This document shows, piece by piece, positions 16,960-25,302 of a DNA stretch of 58,749 nt (positions within the stretch are counted from its first letter, which is position 1; the number at the start of each line of letters is the position of its first letter). Origin of the DNA: Planctomycetota bacterium. GTDB taxonomy: Bacteria > Planctomycetota > UBA1135 > UBA2386. Location of the stretch: positions 1-58,749 of the forward strand of contig VGXW01000002.1 in the NCBI GenBank assembly GCA_016873195.1. Direction: 5' to 3'. The position numbers were made by a program, and so were the translations under genes. The notes under the pieces are model-generated. The model saw nothing but the letters and a program-made list of their open reading frames with translations. It had not been told where the DNA came from and ran no database searches.

Positions 16960-19221
16960 TCACGCCTTGACGCCGAGCCCGGCCGGGATCGCGATGCGCG
17001 CCTCCTGGCCGTCGCCGGTCAGGAACCGGTAGTGCACGACGTCGATCGGGTAGCTCGCCTCGGGGCGGAACAGGATCGACTTGCCGACCGCGTCCTCGAG
17101 TTCGAGGATGCCGCGCCGCTTGTAGTTGACCAGGTAGTCGCTGACGGGGGGCGCCACGAACACCTGCAGCACCGAGTAGCCCTTCAGGTTCAGCAGCGCG
17201 CGCACCTCGCGCAGCACCGACAGCGCCTTGCTCTGCACCGTGCGCGACCAGCCCGCGCCCTTGCAATGCGGGCACTGCATGAAGACCGTGCGCTTCAGGC
17301 CCGGCCCGACGCGCTGGCGCGTGATCTCGAGCATGCCGAACGGCGAGATGCGGCCGACCTTGATGCGCGCGCGGTCGCCGCGCAGCGCGTCGATCAGCTT
17401 CTTCTCGACGCCGCGCCGGTGCTTCTCGTGCGACATGTCGATGAAGTCGATGATGATCAGGCCGCCGAGGTCGCGCAGGCGCAGCTGCCGCACGATCTCC
17501 GGGATCGCGTCGAGGTTGGTGCGGTAGGCGGTCTCGTCGCTGTCGCCGCCGGCCTTGTACTTGCCCGAGTTCACGTCGATCGCGACCAGCGCCTCGGTCT
17601 GGTCGATCACGATCGACGCGCCGTTCGGCAGGTCGACCTTCGGCTGGTAGAGCGCCTCGACCTCCTTCTCGACGCCGAAGTGGTGGAACAGCGGCGTCGT
17701 CATCGTGTGGTTCTTGATGCGCTCCGCCATGTGCGGCATCAGCTTGTCGGCGAAGTCGCGGATGCGCAGGAACACGTCCTCGCTGTCGACGACGACGTCG
17801 GCGATGTCGGGCGTGAACTGGTCGCGCATCGCCTTCAGCACCAGGTCCGACTCCTGGTAGAGCAGCGCCGGGGCGCGCGTGACCTTGAGCCGCTGCGCGA
17901 CCATCTCCCAGATCTTCTTCAGGTAGTCGCGGTCGCGCTCGAGGTCCTGCAGGCTCTTGTTGATGCCGGCGGTGCGCACGATGAAGCCGATGCCGCCGCT
18001 GCCGGTCTCGTCGAGTTCGCGCACGATGCGCTTCAGCCGCTTGCGCTCGCGGCCGTCCTCGATCTTGCGCGACACGCCGCACTTCGGCAGGCTCGGCATC
18101 AGCACGAGGCAGCGGCCGGGCAGCGACACGTAGGTCGTCAGCGTCGGGCCCTTGCTGCCGATGCCCTCCTTGGTGATCTGCACGACGACCTCCTGCCCCT
18201 TCTTGAGCAGCTGGTCGATCGTCGGCCGCGGGCCGCGCGGGCGGCGGTCGCCGCCGTCGCGCTGGTCGCGGTCGCGGCGGTCGCGCCGGTCGCGGCGGTC
18301 GCGGCGGTGGCGCCGCCCGGAGCCGCCGCCGGGACCCGCGCCCGGGGCCACCGGTTCGCCGGGCACGGCGGCCTGGGCCGGCTGGTCCGCTTCGCCCGGA
18401 CCGACGTCGCCCCGGTTCCCCTCTTCGGGCCCCCCGTGGCCCTGCCCCTCGTCGCCCTGCGCCTCGTCACCCGGGCGCCCGTCGCCCGGCGGGGCCGCGT
18501 CGCCGCCGGCCGGCGGCGCTTGCTGCACCGGCGGGACGGCGGCGTCGTCGTCCTCGCCGCCCGGCGCGGCCATCGGCAGGGGCTCGTCGACGCCCTGGCC
18601 GAAGCCCGCGTCGCCGTCCTGGTCGTCCGCGGGCGGTCCGTCCGCCGCGCCGGCGACTTCGCCCGGCTCGGGTTCCGAGGCCCCCTCACCGGGCTCGGGT
18701 TCGCCGGCCTCCGGCTCGTCGCCCGGCGCCGCCGCGGTCTCGCGCGCGAACTCGTCCGCGTCGCGCCGCGCCCGCCCGGACGGCTCGACCTCCTCGTCCC
18801 CGACCGGCGCGACCGCCAGGTCGTCGCCGTCGGCGGCCGCCGCCTCCGCCACCGCGCCGGCCGGCGGGGCCTCGTCGACCTCGTCCTCGTCGTCGTCCGA
18901 CAGCGCCTGCTGCACGGACTCGGGCCCGTCGTCGACGTCGACGCGCGCGCGGCCTTCGATGACGTCGTCGAGCACGAAGTCGGGTCGGCCGTAGGCGGGC
19001 AGCACGTCGCTGACGTGCAGGAACCCGTTGACGCGCCCGCCGAAGGCGACGAACGCGGCGCCGATGCTCGGCTCGATGTTGACGACCTTGCCCTTGTAGA
19101 TGTTGCCTAGATAGGCCTCACGATTCGCCAGCTCGACGTGCAGCTCCTGCAGCACGCCGTCCTCCACCACCGCGATCCGGCTCTCTTCCGGATCGATGGC
19201 GTTGATCAGCATCCTCTTCAA
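16960..19221 (-). CDS. rne: ribonuclease E/G family endoribonuclease with large internal low-complexity insert
   Basis: A TTG start is preceded by GAGGAAG. The N-terminus (M)KRMLINAIDPEESRIAVVEDG closely matches the E. coli RNase E start as I recall it. An S1 segment and the catalytic core (DFIDM region) are present. The protein is 753 aa with no long C-terminal scaffold. Confidence 0.85.
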   Translation of the reverse strand: MKRMLINAIDPEESRIAVVEDGVLQELHVELANREAYLGNIYKGKVVNIEPSIGAAFVAFGGRVNGFLHVSDVLPAYGRPDFVLDDVIEGRARVDVDDGPESVQQALSDDDEDEVDEAPPAGAVAEAAAADGDDLAVAPVGDEEVEPSGRARRDADEFARETAAAPGDEPEAGEPEPGEGASEPEPGEVAGAADGPPADDQDGDAGFGQGVDEPLPMAAPGGEDDDAAVPPVQQAPPAGGDAAPPGDGRPGDEAQGDEGQGHGGPEEGNRGDVGPGEADQPAQAAVPGEPVAPGAGPGGGSGRRHRRDRRDRRDRRDRDQRDGGDRRPRGPRPTIDQLLKKGQEVVVQITKEGIGSKGPTLTTYVSLPGRCLVLMPSLPKCGVSRKIEDGRERKRLKRIVRELDETGSGGIGFIVRTAGINKSLQDLERDRDYLKKIWEMVAQRLKVTRAPALLYQESDLVLKAMRDQFTPDIADVVVDSEDVFLRIRDFADKLMPHMAERIKNHTMTTPLFHHFGVEKEVEALYQPKVDLPNGASIVIDQTEALVAIDVNSGKYKAGGDSDETAYRTNLDAIPEIVRQLRLRDLGGLIIIDFIDMSHEKHRRGVEKKLIDALRGDRARIKVGRISPFGMLEITRQRVGPGLKRTVFMQCPHCKGAGWSRTVQSKALSVLREVRALLNLKGYSVLQVFVAPPVSDYLVNYKRRGILELEDAVGKSILFRPEASYPIDVVHYRFLTGDGQEARIAIPAGLGVKA

Positions 19222-19242
19222 GCGGAACTTCCTCGGGGAAAC

Positions 19243-19265
19243 GATCGCCGGACGGGCCGGCGATC
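19243..19265 (-). promoter_or_regulatory. 9-bp-stem hairpin in the rne leader next to the Shine-Dalgarno
   Basis: GATCGCCGG-CCCGT-CCGGCGATC in gene sense. It ends about 8 nt upstream of the GAGGAAG Shine-Dalgarno. Confidence 0.3.
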
Positions 19266-19545
19266 CCCTTGGGCAACCGCCCGCGCGCGCGCGGACCGGC
19301 GGGGTTCGCCGTCCGATCGCGGTCGCTCCGGGCAGGGGCCGACAGGGTGAACTTCATGGGGTCACGCCGAGCCGGCACGCGTGGACTGCGGTGACGGAGC
19401 GCCGCCCGCGGCACGAGCCGCGGGAAGGTCGCCAGGGTCCGAGCGCACGGCAGGCATGGGAATACCGACGTCCGCGGCCGATTCGGGCACCGCTCCCTGC
19501 GGGCTCCGGGCCGGCCACGCTCCCTGGACTTCAGGAAGCGCGCGG

Positions 19546-19574
19546 ATGATACGGAGCGGCGCGCAGCCGCTCAA
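19546..19574 (-). promoter_or_regulatory. sigma70-like promoter candidate for rne
   Basis: Gene sense reads TTGAGC, a 17-nt spacer, then TATCAT. This implies a leader of roughly 320 nt. Confidence 0.4.
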
Positions 19575-19600
19575 CGGCCCTTCCTGGCGGCGGGCACGGC

Positions 19601-19627
19601 GGCGGGGCCACCACCCGAGGCCCCGCC
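19601..19627 (-). terminator. GC-rich hairpin after pilQ
   Basis: ggcggggcc at 19601-19609 pairs with ggccccgcc at 19619-19627 (9-bp stem, 9-nt loop). In gene sense it begins 7 nt after the pilQ stop. There is no U tract. Confidence 0.35.
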
Positions 19628-19634
19628 CCGCCCG

Positions 19635-21521
19635 TCACTTGCGCGCGCCGAAGACCGCGTCGCGGCCCTGCGACAGCGGCGAACCGTGGTCCCGGATCTT
19701 CTCCTCGAGCGCGCTCGCCATCGACTTCTCCATGTCCTCCGGGCTGCGGATCACGCTCGGCGTGATGAACACGAGCATCGTAGAGGCGGTCTTCTGCCGG
19801 GTCGTGTTCTTGAACAGGTGCCCGAGCACGGGGATGTCCCCGAGCAGCGGCAGCTTGGTCTCCGTCTCGCTCTCGGTGGTGCTCTTGAGGCCGCCGAGCA
19901 CCGCGGTCTGGCCGCCGCGCAGCAGCACCGTGGTCGCCAGCGTGCTCGACGCGACGCGCGGCAGCGCGATCGTGCCCTCCTGGCCGCCGGAGCCGACCTT
20001 GAACACGTCGAAGCCGGCCGGCGCGAGCGACGTGCTGCCGGTGCCGGTCAGCGCCGTGCGCTGCGGGATCACCTCGAGGATGACCTTGTCCGTGCCGGGC
20101 ACCACGTGCGGCGTCGCGAGCAGCTGGAAGCCGACGCTGACCGGCGACTGGTCCCCTTCCTCGAGCGCGAGCAGGAGGCCGCCGGCCTGGCCCTGCTCGA
20201 CCCGCGCCTGCGCGTAGCGCACCGCCTCGCCGACGAAGATCGTCGCCGTCTGGTGATCGAGCGCCACGATCTGCGGCGCCTGCTCGATCCGCGACCGCCC
20301 GTCGCGCTGCAGCAGCCGCAGCGTCGCGGTGACCTCGCGGAAGTCGATCGCGCCGAACACCACGTTCGGGATGTCGACGATCGCCGGGTCGTTGCCGTTC
20401 TCGCTGGCGAACGGGCCGACGCGCACGCCACCGGTCGGCTCGATCGCCATCACCTTGTCGTCCCAGCCGCCCGCGCCCAGGTCGAACGGCAGGCGCGTCG
20501 GGATCTGGCCGAGGCCGATGCTGGCCGACCAGCCGGTGCTGCCCGGCGACACGCCGAAGTCGAGCACGTCCTCGTTGCTGGTCGTGACGAAGCGCACGTC
20601 GAGGTAGATCTGCGACGGCTCGACGTCGATCATCGCGATCGTGCTGGCCACGCTCTCGACGACCGGGCGCGTGTCCTTGACGACGATGGCGTTGGTTTCC
20701 TGGATGTACTGCAGGCTGCCGACGTCGGGCGTGATCATCGCCTTCAGCGTGTCGAGCAGCGTGAAGTTGATCTCGTTCTTCTGCAGCTGCGTCTTCGCGC
20801 GGCGGTTCTCGATGTACTCGGAGTCGATGAACGGCACGTAGATCGACGCGGGCCGCACGTAGCGCAGCGGGATCGTGCGCGCGACGAGGTCCTGCTCGAT
20901 GTTCGAGGCCGGCACCACGCGCAGGATGCCGCGCTCCTCCTCGACGACGACGAAGCCGAGCGTCTTGACCGAGGCGTCGAGCGCGTCGCGCCACGGGATG
21001 TTCTTCAGGCGCACCGTGATCGAGCCCTTGACCTCGGGAGCCACGACGATGTTGGCGCCCGAGATCTTGGCGATCGTGTCGATCACCTTCTGGATGTCGG
21101 TGTTCTCGAACGCGAAGTAGACCCGCGGCGGCTTCTCGACCTTCAGCACGGAGCCGGCCGCCTCGCCGACGATGCAGCCGGCCTGTTCGGCGACGAGCTC
21201 GAGCGCCTGCCGCCAGTGCACGTCCTGCAGGTCGATGGTCACCGGCTCCTCGATGCCGGGGTCCATGATGATGTTGACGTTGGCCTTTTTGGCGATGCTC
21301 GCGACGACGTCGCGCAGGTCGCGGTCCTTGAGCTTCAGCGTGAGCCGGCTGGCGCGGTCGCCTTCGGCCTCCGCGCGGATCTCCGCCTCCCTGCCCTGCG
21401 GGGCCGGACGCGTGGCCGTGGGGGCGGCCTTGGGGTCCTGCGGTTCCTGCTGTGCCGGCGGGCTCGCCGCGAGCGCGCACCACGCCAGTGCGCAGATGAT
21501 CCCTGTGCTGACTGCCTGCAT
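19635..21521 (-). CDS. pilQ: secretin (PilQ/GspD family)
   Basis: The internal ATG at 21521 is preceded by GGAGAAGGA. A signal peptide MQAVSTGIICALAWCALAASPPAQQ is present. The C-terminus LPLLGDIPVLGHLFKNTTRQKTASTMLVFITPSVI is the secretin signature. Confidence 0.8.
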   Translation of the reverse strand: MQAVSTGIICALAWCALAASPPAQQEPQDPKAAPTATRPAPQGREAEIRAEAEGDRASRLTLKLKDRDLRDVVASIAKKANVNIIMDPGIEEPVTIDLQDVHWRQALELVAEQAGCIVGEAAGSVLKVEKPPRVYFAFENTDIQKVIDTIAKISGANIVVAPEVKGSITVRLKNIPWRDALDASVKTLGFVVVEEERGILRVVPASNIEQDLVARTIPLRYVRPASIYVPFIDSEYIENRRAKTQLQKNEINFTLLDTLKAMITPDVGSLQYIQETNAIVVKDTRPVVESVASTIAMIDVEPSQIYLDVRFVTTSNEDVLDFGVSPGSTGWSASIGLGQIPTRLPFDLGAGGWDDKVMAIEPTGGVRVGPFASENGNDPAIVDIPNVVFGAIDFREVTATLRLLQRDGRSRIEQAPQIVALDHQTATIFVGEAVRYAQARVEQGQAGGLLLALEEGDQSPVSVGFQLLATPHVVPGTDKVILEVIPQRTALTGTGSTSLAPAGFDVFKVGSGGQEGTIALPRVASSTLATTVLLRGGQTAVLGGLKSTTESETETKLPLLGDIPVLGHLFKNTTRQKTASTMLVFITPSVIRSPEDMEKSMASALEEKIRDHGSPLSQGRDAVFGARK

Positions 21522-21657
21522 CGTCGTTCCTTCTCCCTTGGGGGATTCCGGGTGATTCGCCGTCGCCCGGCGCCGCGCAGGACGCCGGACCGAATGCCAC
21601 TCCTCCATCGAACCGCCGCTGGCGCCGGCTTGAGCCGAACCGGCCGCCGCGCCAGCG

Positions 21658-23079
21658 TCACATCGTGCGCACGAGCGTGAGCCCGCGGAACACGAACCAG
21701 ACCTGCTCCTGTTCGACCTTCTTGACCAGCAGGTCGTCGGCGACGTACTCGCCCTCCTCGTAGACCTGGCCGTTGATCAGCACGCCCGAGCGCCCGTCCC
21801 GGTCGACCACGACGCCGTGCAGGCGCAGGTCGAGGCTGCGGAAGTCGAGCGCGGTCGTCGCCTTGACGTGGATCGCCTTGGCCGCGACCGCGAGCGCGTG
21901 CCGCGCATCCCCGGCCGGCACGCCGAGGCGCGCCGCGACCACCTCGAAGCGGCTCTTGGCCTGCTCGAGCTGGCCCGCCGTGCAGTCGGCCTGGAGCTGC
22001 GCGACGAGCTGTTCGAGTTCGTTGCGCGGCAGATACGGGTCGGCGGCGCGCTGGTCCGGCTTGCCGCCCTGCTCGACCTCCCCGCGGATCCGCTCGAACG
22101 GCGCCACGACCTCGCGCGCCCAGCGCACCCGGTACGGCAGGTAGGTCACGCGCGCGGCGTCGGTCTCGAGCGCGGCGGCGAGCTTCTCCACTCCCTCGCG
22201 CAGCTGCTTCTCGAGCGCGTACTGCTCGAACATCGTCGTGTCCGACCGCCGCATGCGCTGCTGCGTCTCCAGCAGGGCCTGCGTCTCGGCGACGCAGCGC
22301 TCGAGGATCGCGCGCTGTTCGGCCGGCGAGCTGCCGTCCTTCAGCAGGTCGCCGCGCAGCCGCGGGTCGACCAGGATGTCGCGGCGGCCCTGGGTCGAGC
22401 GCAGCTGGTACTTCTCGATCTTGATGTTCTGCATCCGCTTGAAGATCTCCTCGCGCAGGGCCTCGACCCGGTTCGCGTAGTTGGGGATCTCGACCTCCTT
22501 GCCGCTCGCCTTGCCGTTGTAGGTGAACGTCTGCAGCAGGAGCCGCATCGTGTGCACGACGTCGCCGTTGCGTTGGTTCTCCTGCCGCGCCTGGTCGCCC
22601 GACGCGATGCCGAACTCGGTGATGTTGACGAAGCGCGAGTAGTTCTCGATCAGGTTGACGAACTTCAGGCACTCCCACAGCGTGCCCGTCATCTCGTAGG
22701 TGTACTCGATCGGTGCGAACCGCTCGTTGCCCTTCGCCTGGCGCGAGGGCTTCGGCACGAGGCCCGTGTTGACGACGCCCGACTGCCGCTCGAACTGGTC
22801 GAGCATGCGCACGAAGTCGTTCAGTTCGCGCGTGTCCGGCAGGATCTTGACGTACTCGCCGAGGTTCTCGCGCAGGATCACGACCTCCTTCTCGAGCCCG
22901 TCGATCTGGGCGATCTTGGCGTCGGCGGCGGCGATCGCCTGCCGTGTCGACTCGGCCGTCGCCTCGACCTCGTCGATCAGGCCCTGCGCGTAGAACACGC
23001 CGCCGACCATCAGGCCGCAGACGAGTGCGGCGCCGCCGACGATCGCGAGGATCTGCTGCTTCTGGGTCCACCTGGCCAT
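21658..23079 (-). CDS. pilO: PilO-like protein fused to a long helical linker and a PilP-like C-terminal beta domain
   Basis: The ATG at 23079 is preceded by GAGGTG. The N-terminus has a TM segment (ILAIVGGAALVCGLMVGGVFYA), a coiled coil and a PilO-like domain. The C-terminus LHGVVVDRDGRSGVLINGQVYEEGEYVADDLLVKKVEQEQVWFVFRG resembles PilP. Confidence 0.6.
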   Translation of the reverse strand: MARWTQKQQILAIVGGAALVCGLMVGGVFYAQGLIDEVEATAESTRQAIAAADAKIAQIDGLEKEVVILRENLGEYVKILPDTRELNDFVRMLDQFERQSGVVNTGLVPKPSRQAKGNERFAPIEYTYEMTGTLWECLKFVNLIENYSRFVNITEFGIASGDQARQENQRNGDVVHTMRLLLQTFTYNGKASGKEVEIPNYANRVEALREEIFKRMQNIKIEKYQLRSTQGRRDILVDPRLRGDLLKDGSSPAEQRAILERCVAETQALLETQQRMRRSDTTMFEQYALEKQLREGVEKLAAALETDAARVTYLPYRVRWAREVVAPFERIRGEVEQGGKPDQRAADPYLPRNELEQLVAQLQADCTAGQLEQAKSRFEVVAARLGVPAGDARHALAVAAKAIHVKATTALDFRSLDLRLHGVVVDRDGRSGVLINGQVYEEGEYVADDLLVKKVEQEQVWFVFRGLTLVRTM

Positions 23080-23089
23080 CGCGGTCACC

Positions 23090-23764
23090 TCACTTGTTCG
23101 CCGGGGCGGCGGGGGGGTTCTTCGGGGCGGGCTTGCCGCCCTTCGCCTGGGCGGCCTCCTTGACGCTGGGCCGGAACTGCAGCGCCAGCGTGAAGTTCAG
23201 CGACTCCGCCGGCGTGCGCTCCTTGTCGACGTCGAGCTTCCAGGACGGATCGGTCTTCAGCGCGAGTTCGGCGCCGAACGGCGCGTGCTCGAGGTCCTCG
23301 TGCAGGTTGGCGATGCGGCTCTTGTCGGCGTCCTGCACCGCGGCCGGCATGGTCACCAGCGGCCCCTTCTTCGGATCCGTCTTGGCGGTGACCGCCGTGA
23401 ACCACGCGAGGTGGCGGTCGGTGTCGCCGTTGTTGTTGACCACCTCGATCAGTTCGTCGAGGAACTTCGACCACAGCCGGCGCGACTGGCCGATCGCCTG
23501 GATCGTCTGCACGCGCTCCGCGTAGTCCTTGCGGTTGGCGTCGAGCTGGGCGTGGTAGGCGACCTTCTTCTCCTTCTGCGCGAGCTTCGCCTCGACTTCG
23601 GCCAGCGCCGTCTCGGCCGCGCCGAGGTCGCCGAAGTAGACCATGCCGAACCAGCCGACGGCGGCGCTGACGGCGACGGCGGCCGCGAAGGCGGACGCGA
23701 TCACGCGCGCCGGCAGGCGATTGCCGCGGCGCAGTTCGACGGGGAGCAGATTGATGCGGATCAA
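23090..23764 (-). CDS. pilN: type IV pilus assembly protein PilN
   Basis: MIRINLLPVELRR motif, followed by one TM segment and a coiled coil. The gene lies between pilM and pilO. Confidence 0.75.
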   Translation of the reverse strand: MIRINLLPVELRRGNRLPARVIASAFAAAVAVSAAVGWFGMVYFGDLGAAETALAEVEAKLAQKEKKVAYHAQLDANRKDYAERVQTIQAIGQSRRLWSKFLDELIEVVNNNGDTDRHLAWFTAVTAKTDPKKGPLVTMPAAVQDADKSRIANLHEDLEHAPFGAELALKTDPSWKLDVDKERTPAESLNFTLALQFRPSVKEAAQAKGGKPAPKNPPAAPANK

Positions 23765-23774
23765 GGGGACCTCC

Positions 23775-24797
23775 TCAGATTGCTGCAGCGAGCCCGAGCG
23801 CCACGGCCAGCCGCGGCGCCTGCTGGTTGAGAGCCTCGACGTCGACGTTGTCGGACCGGACCTTCAGGCCCTCGATCGGGTTCCAGGTCTTGGTGCGCTT
23901 CTCGAAGATCTTCTCGAAGCTCTCCTCGAGGAACGGCAGCAGCGCCGTGCCGCCGGTCAACCAGACCTCCTGGACCTCGCCGTCGAACTGGTTCTCGAAG
24001 AAGTCGAACGAGAGGTTGATCTCGTTGCCGAGGTCCTCGAGCACCTGGGCGGTGGCCTCCTGCACGACGTTCGCCTGGTCGCCCGGCTCGCGCTTCAGCG
24101 CCTCGGCCTGCGCCGGATCGACGCCGAGCCGCCGCGCGATCGCGTTGGTCAGGTCCTGGCCGCCCATCGGCACCTCGCGCGCGAAGCTGCTGACGTTGTC
24201 GCGCAGGATGTTGATGCTGGCCTTGGTCGCGCCGACGTCGATCAGCGCCACCGTGCGGCCCGCCTCCTGGATGCCCGGGTTCACCAGTTCGCCGAGCTCC
24301 CACGCGTTGCCGAGCGCGAAACCGTCGACGCCGACCGCGACCGGCTGCAGGCCGAGTTCGCCCAGGATGCGGGCCTGCTCGGCGACGATGCTCTTCTTGG
24401 CCGCCACGAGCAGCACCTTCAGCTCGGGCTTGCCCGTCGCGTCCTGCCCGCTGCCGAGCCGGTGCACGTCCAGCTCGACGTCGGCGACGTCGAACGGGAT
24501 GTACTTGTCGGCCTCCAGGCGCACCGCCTGCGCGAGCCGGTCCTCGCTCATCTCCGGCATCGCGACGTAGCGGAAGACCACGTTCTTGCCGCTGACGGCC
24601 GAGGCCACCCGCCTGGTGCGGAAGTGCGCCGCACGCATCAGCTCGGCGATCGCGTCCTGCCGCGCCGCCTCGCTCGGAACGTCGATCTGGGCGTAGCCCG
24701 TGACGACGTGGTCGTACTTCTCCCGCGTGAGCTCGACGGCCTTGATGCAGCTGCTGCCGATGTCGAGACCCACGATGCTCTTCCGCTGCTTCAGCAT
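23775..24797 (-). CDS. pilM: type IV pilus assembly ATPase-like protein PilM
   Basis: IVGLDIGSSCIKAVEL is an actin-like fold start. Also VALIDVGATKASINIL and WLTGGTALLP. Confidence 0.85.
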   Translation of the reverse strand: MLKQRKSIVGLDIGSSCIKAVELTREKYDHVVTGYAQIDVPSEAARQDAIAELMRAAHFRTRRVASAVSGKNVVFRYVAMPEMSEDRLAQAVRLEADKYIPFDVADVELDVHRLGSGQDATGKPELKVLLVAAKKSIVAEQARILGELGLQPVAVGVDGFALGNAWELGELVNPGIQEAGRTVALIDVGATKASINILRDNVSSFAREVPMGGQDLTNAIARRLGVDPAQAEALKREPGDQANVVQEATAQVLEDLGNEINLSFDFFENQFDGEVQEVWLTGGTALLPFLEESFEKIFEKRTKTWNPIEGLKVRSDNVDVEALNQQAPRLAVALGLAAAI

Positions 24798-24836
24798 GAC
24801 GAGTGGCGCTCCTTGGCTCTCTGGGTGCCGCCTACC

Positions 24837-25024
24837 GCCGTCCCTATCGGCCGGTCGCCCGCCACGGATTGAGCCCGACCCGCGGGGGTGCGCCCCGACG
24901 GAGGGCCGGGCACTGCCGGCGGATCCCCGCGCGAAGACCGCCCACGCTCGACACCGCCGCAGCGGCGCCCGAGTGCGTGGTTTCGTCCGTTGCAGGTCGC
25001 CGCGTGGCGGCGGTGGGAACCTCA
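24837..25024 (-). repeat. copy B of the structured intergenic element (modules 1 and 2)
   Basis: It starts on the ptsH TGA. Module 1 spans 24950-25024: TGAGGTTCCCACCGCCGCCACGCGGCGACCTGCAACGGACGAAACCACGCACTCGGGCGCCGCTGCGGCGGTGTC. Module 2, GCCGATAGGGACGGC, spans 24837-24851. Confidence 0.7.
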
Positions 25025-25300
25025 GTCCTCGCCGAAGTTCGCCGCGAGCAGTTCGGCGAGCGCGCGCAGCATCGCGTCGGCGTCGGGCCCCTCGGCGGTC
25101 AGCTCCAGTTCCGATCCACGTTCCGCCGCGAGCATCATCATGCCCATGATCGACTTGCCGTCGACGCGTTCGTCGTTGTCGGTGCGGCTCACCTGCAGGG
25201 CCGACGCGTAGGAGTTGGCGGTCTGCACGAACAGGTGCGCCGGCCGGGCATGCAATCCGTGCTTGTTGGTGAGCTTCAGACGCAGGACGCTCTGACCCAC
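25022..25300 (-). CDS. ptsH: phosphocarrier protein HPr/NPr
   Basis: The GTG start lies 5 nt after AAGGAG. KHGLHARPA contains the active-site His and DGKSIMGMMML the regulatory Ser. The protein is 92 aa. Confidence 0.8.
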   Translation of the reverse strand: MGQSVLRLKLTNKHGLHARPAHLFVQTANSYASALQVSRTDNDERVDGKSIMGMMMLAAERGSELELTAEGPDADAMLRALAELLAANFGED

Positions 25301-25302
25301 GG

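Noticed and set aside
19635-24797. The secretin cluster could be a type II or type III secretion system or a Tad/Flp locus.
   Set aside because: The PilM (actin-like), PilN (INLLP motif) and PilO-like genes upstream of the secretin are the T4aP alignment-complex signature. No GspC/L/M, Tad or T3SS components are present.
24837-25024. The pil-leader element could be a known riboswitch, such as a c-di-GMP (GEMM) riboswitch, which is often found upstream of pilus genes.
   Set aside because: By eye the conserved blocks do not match the GEMM-I/II core sequences as I remember them, and one copy sits in a ribosomal operon. This cannot be excluded without cmscan, so I report it only as an unclassified element.
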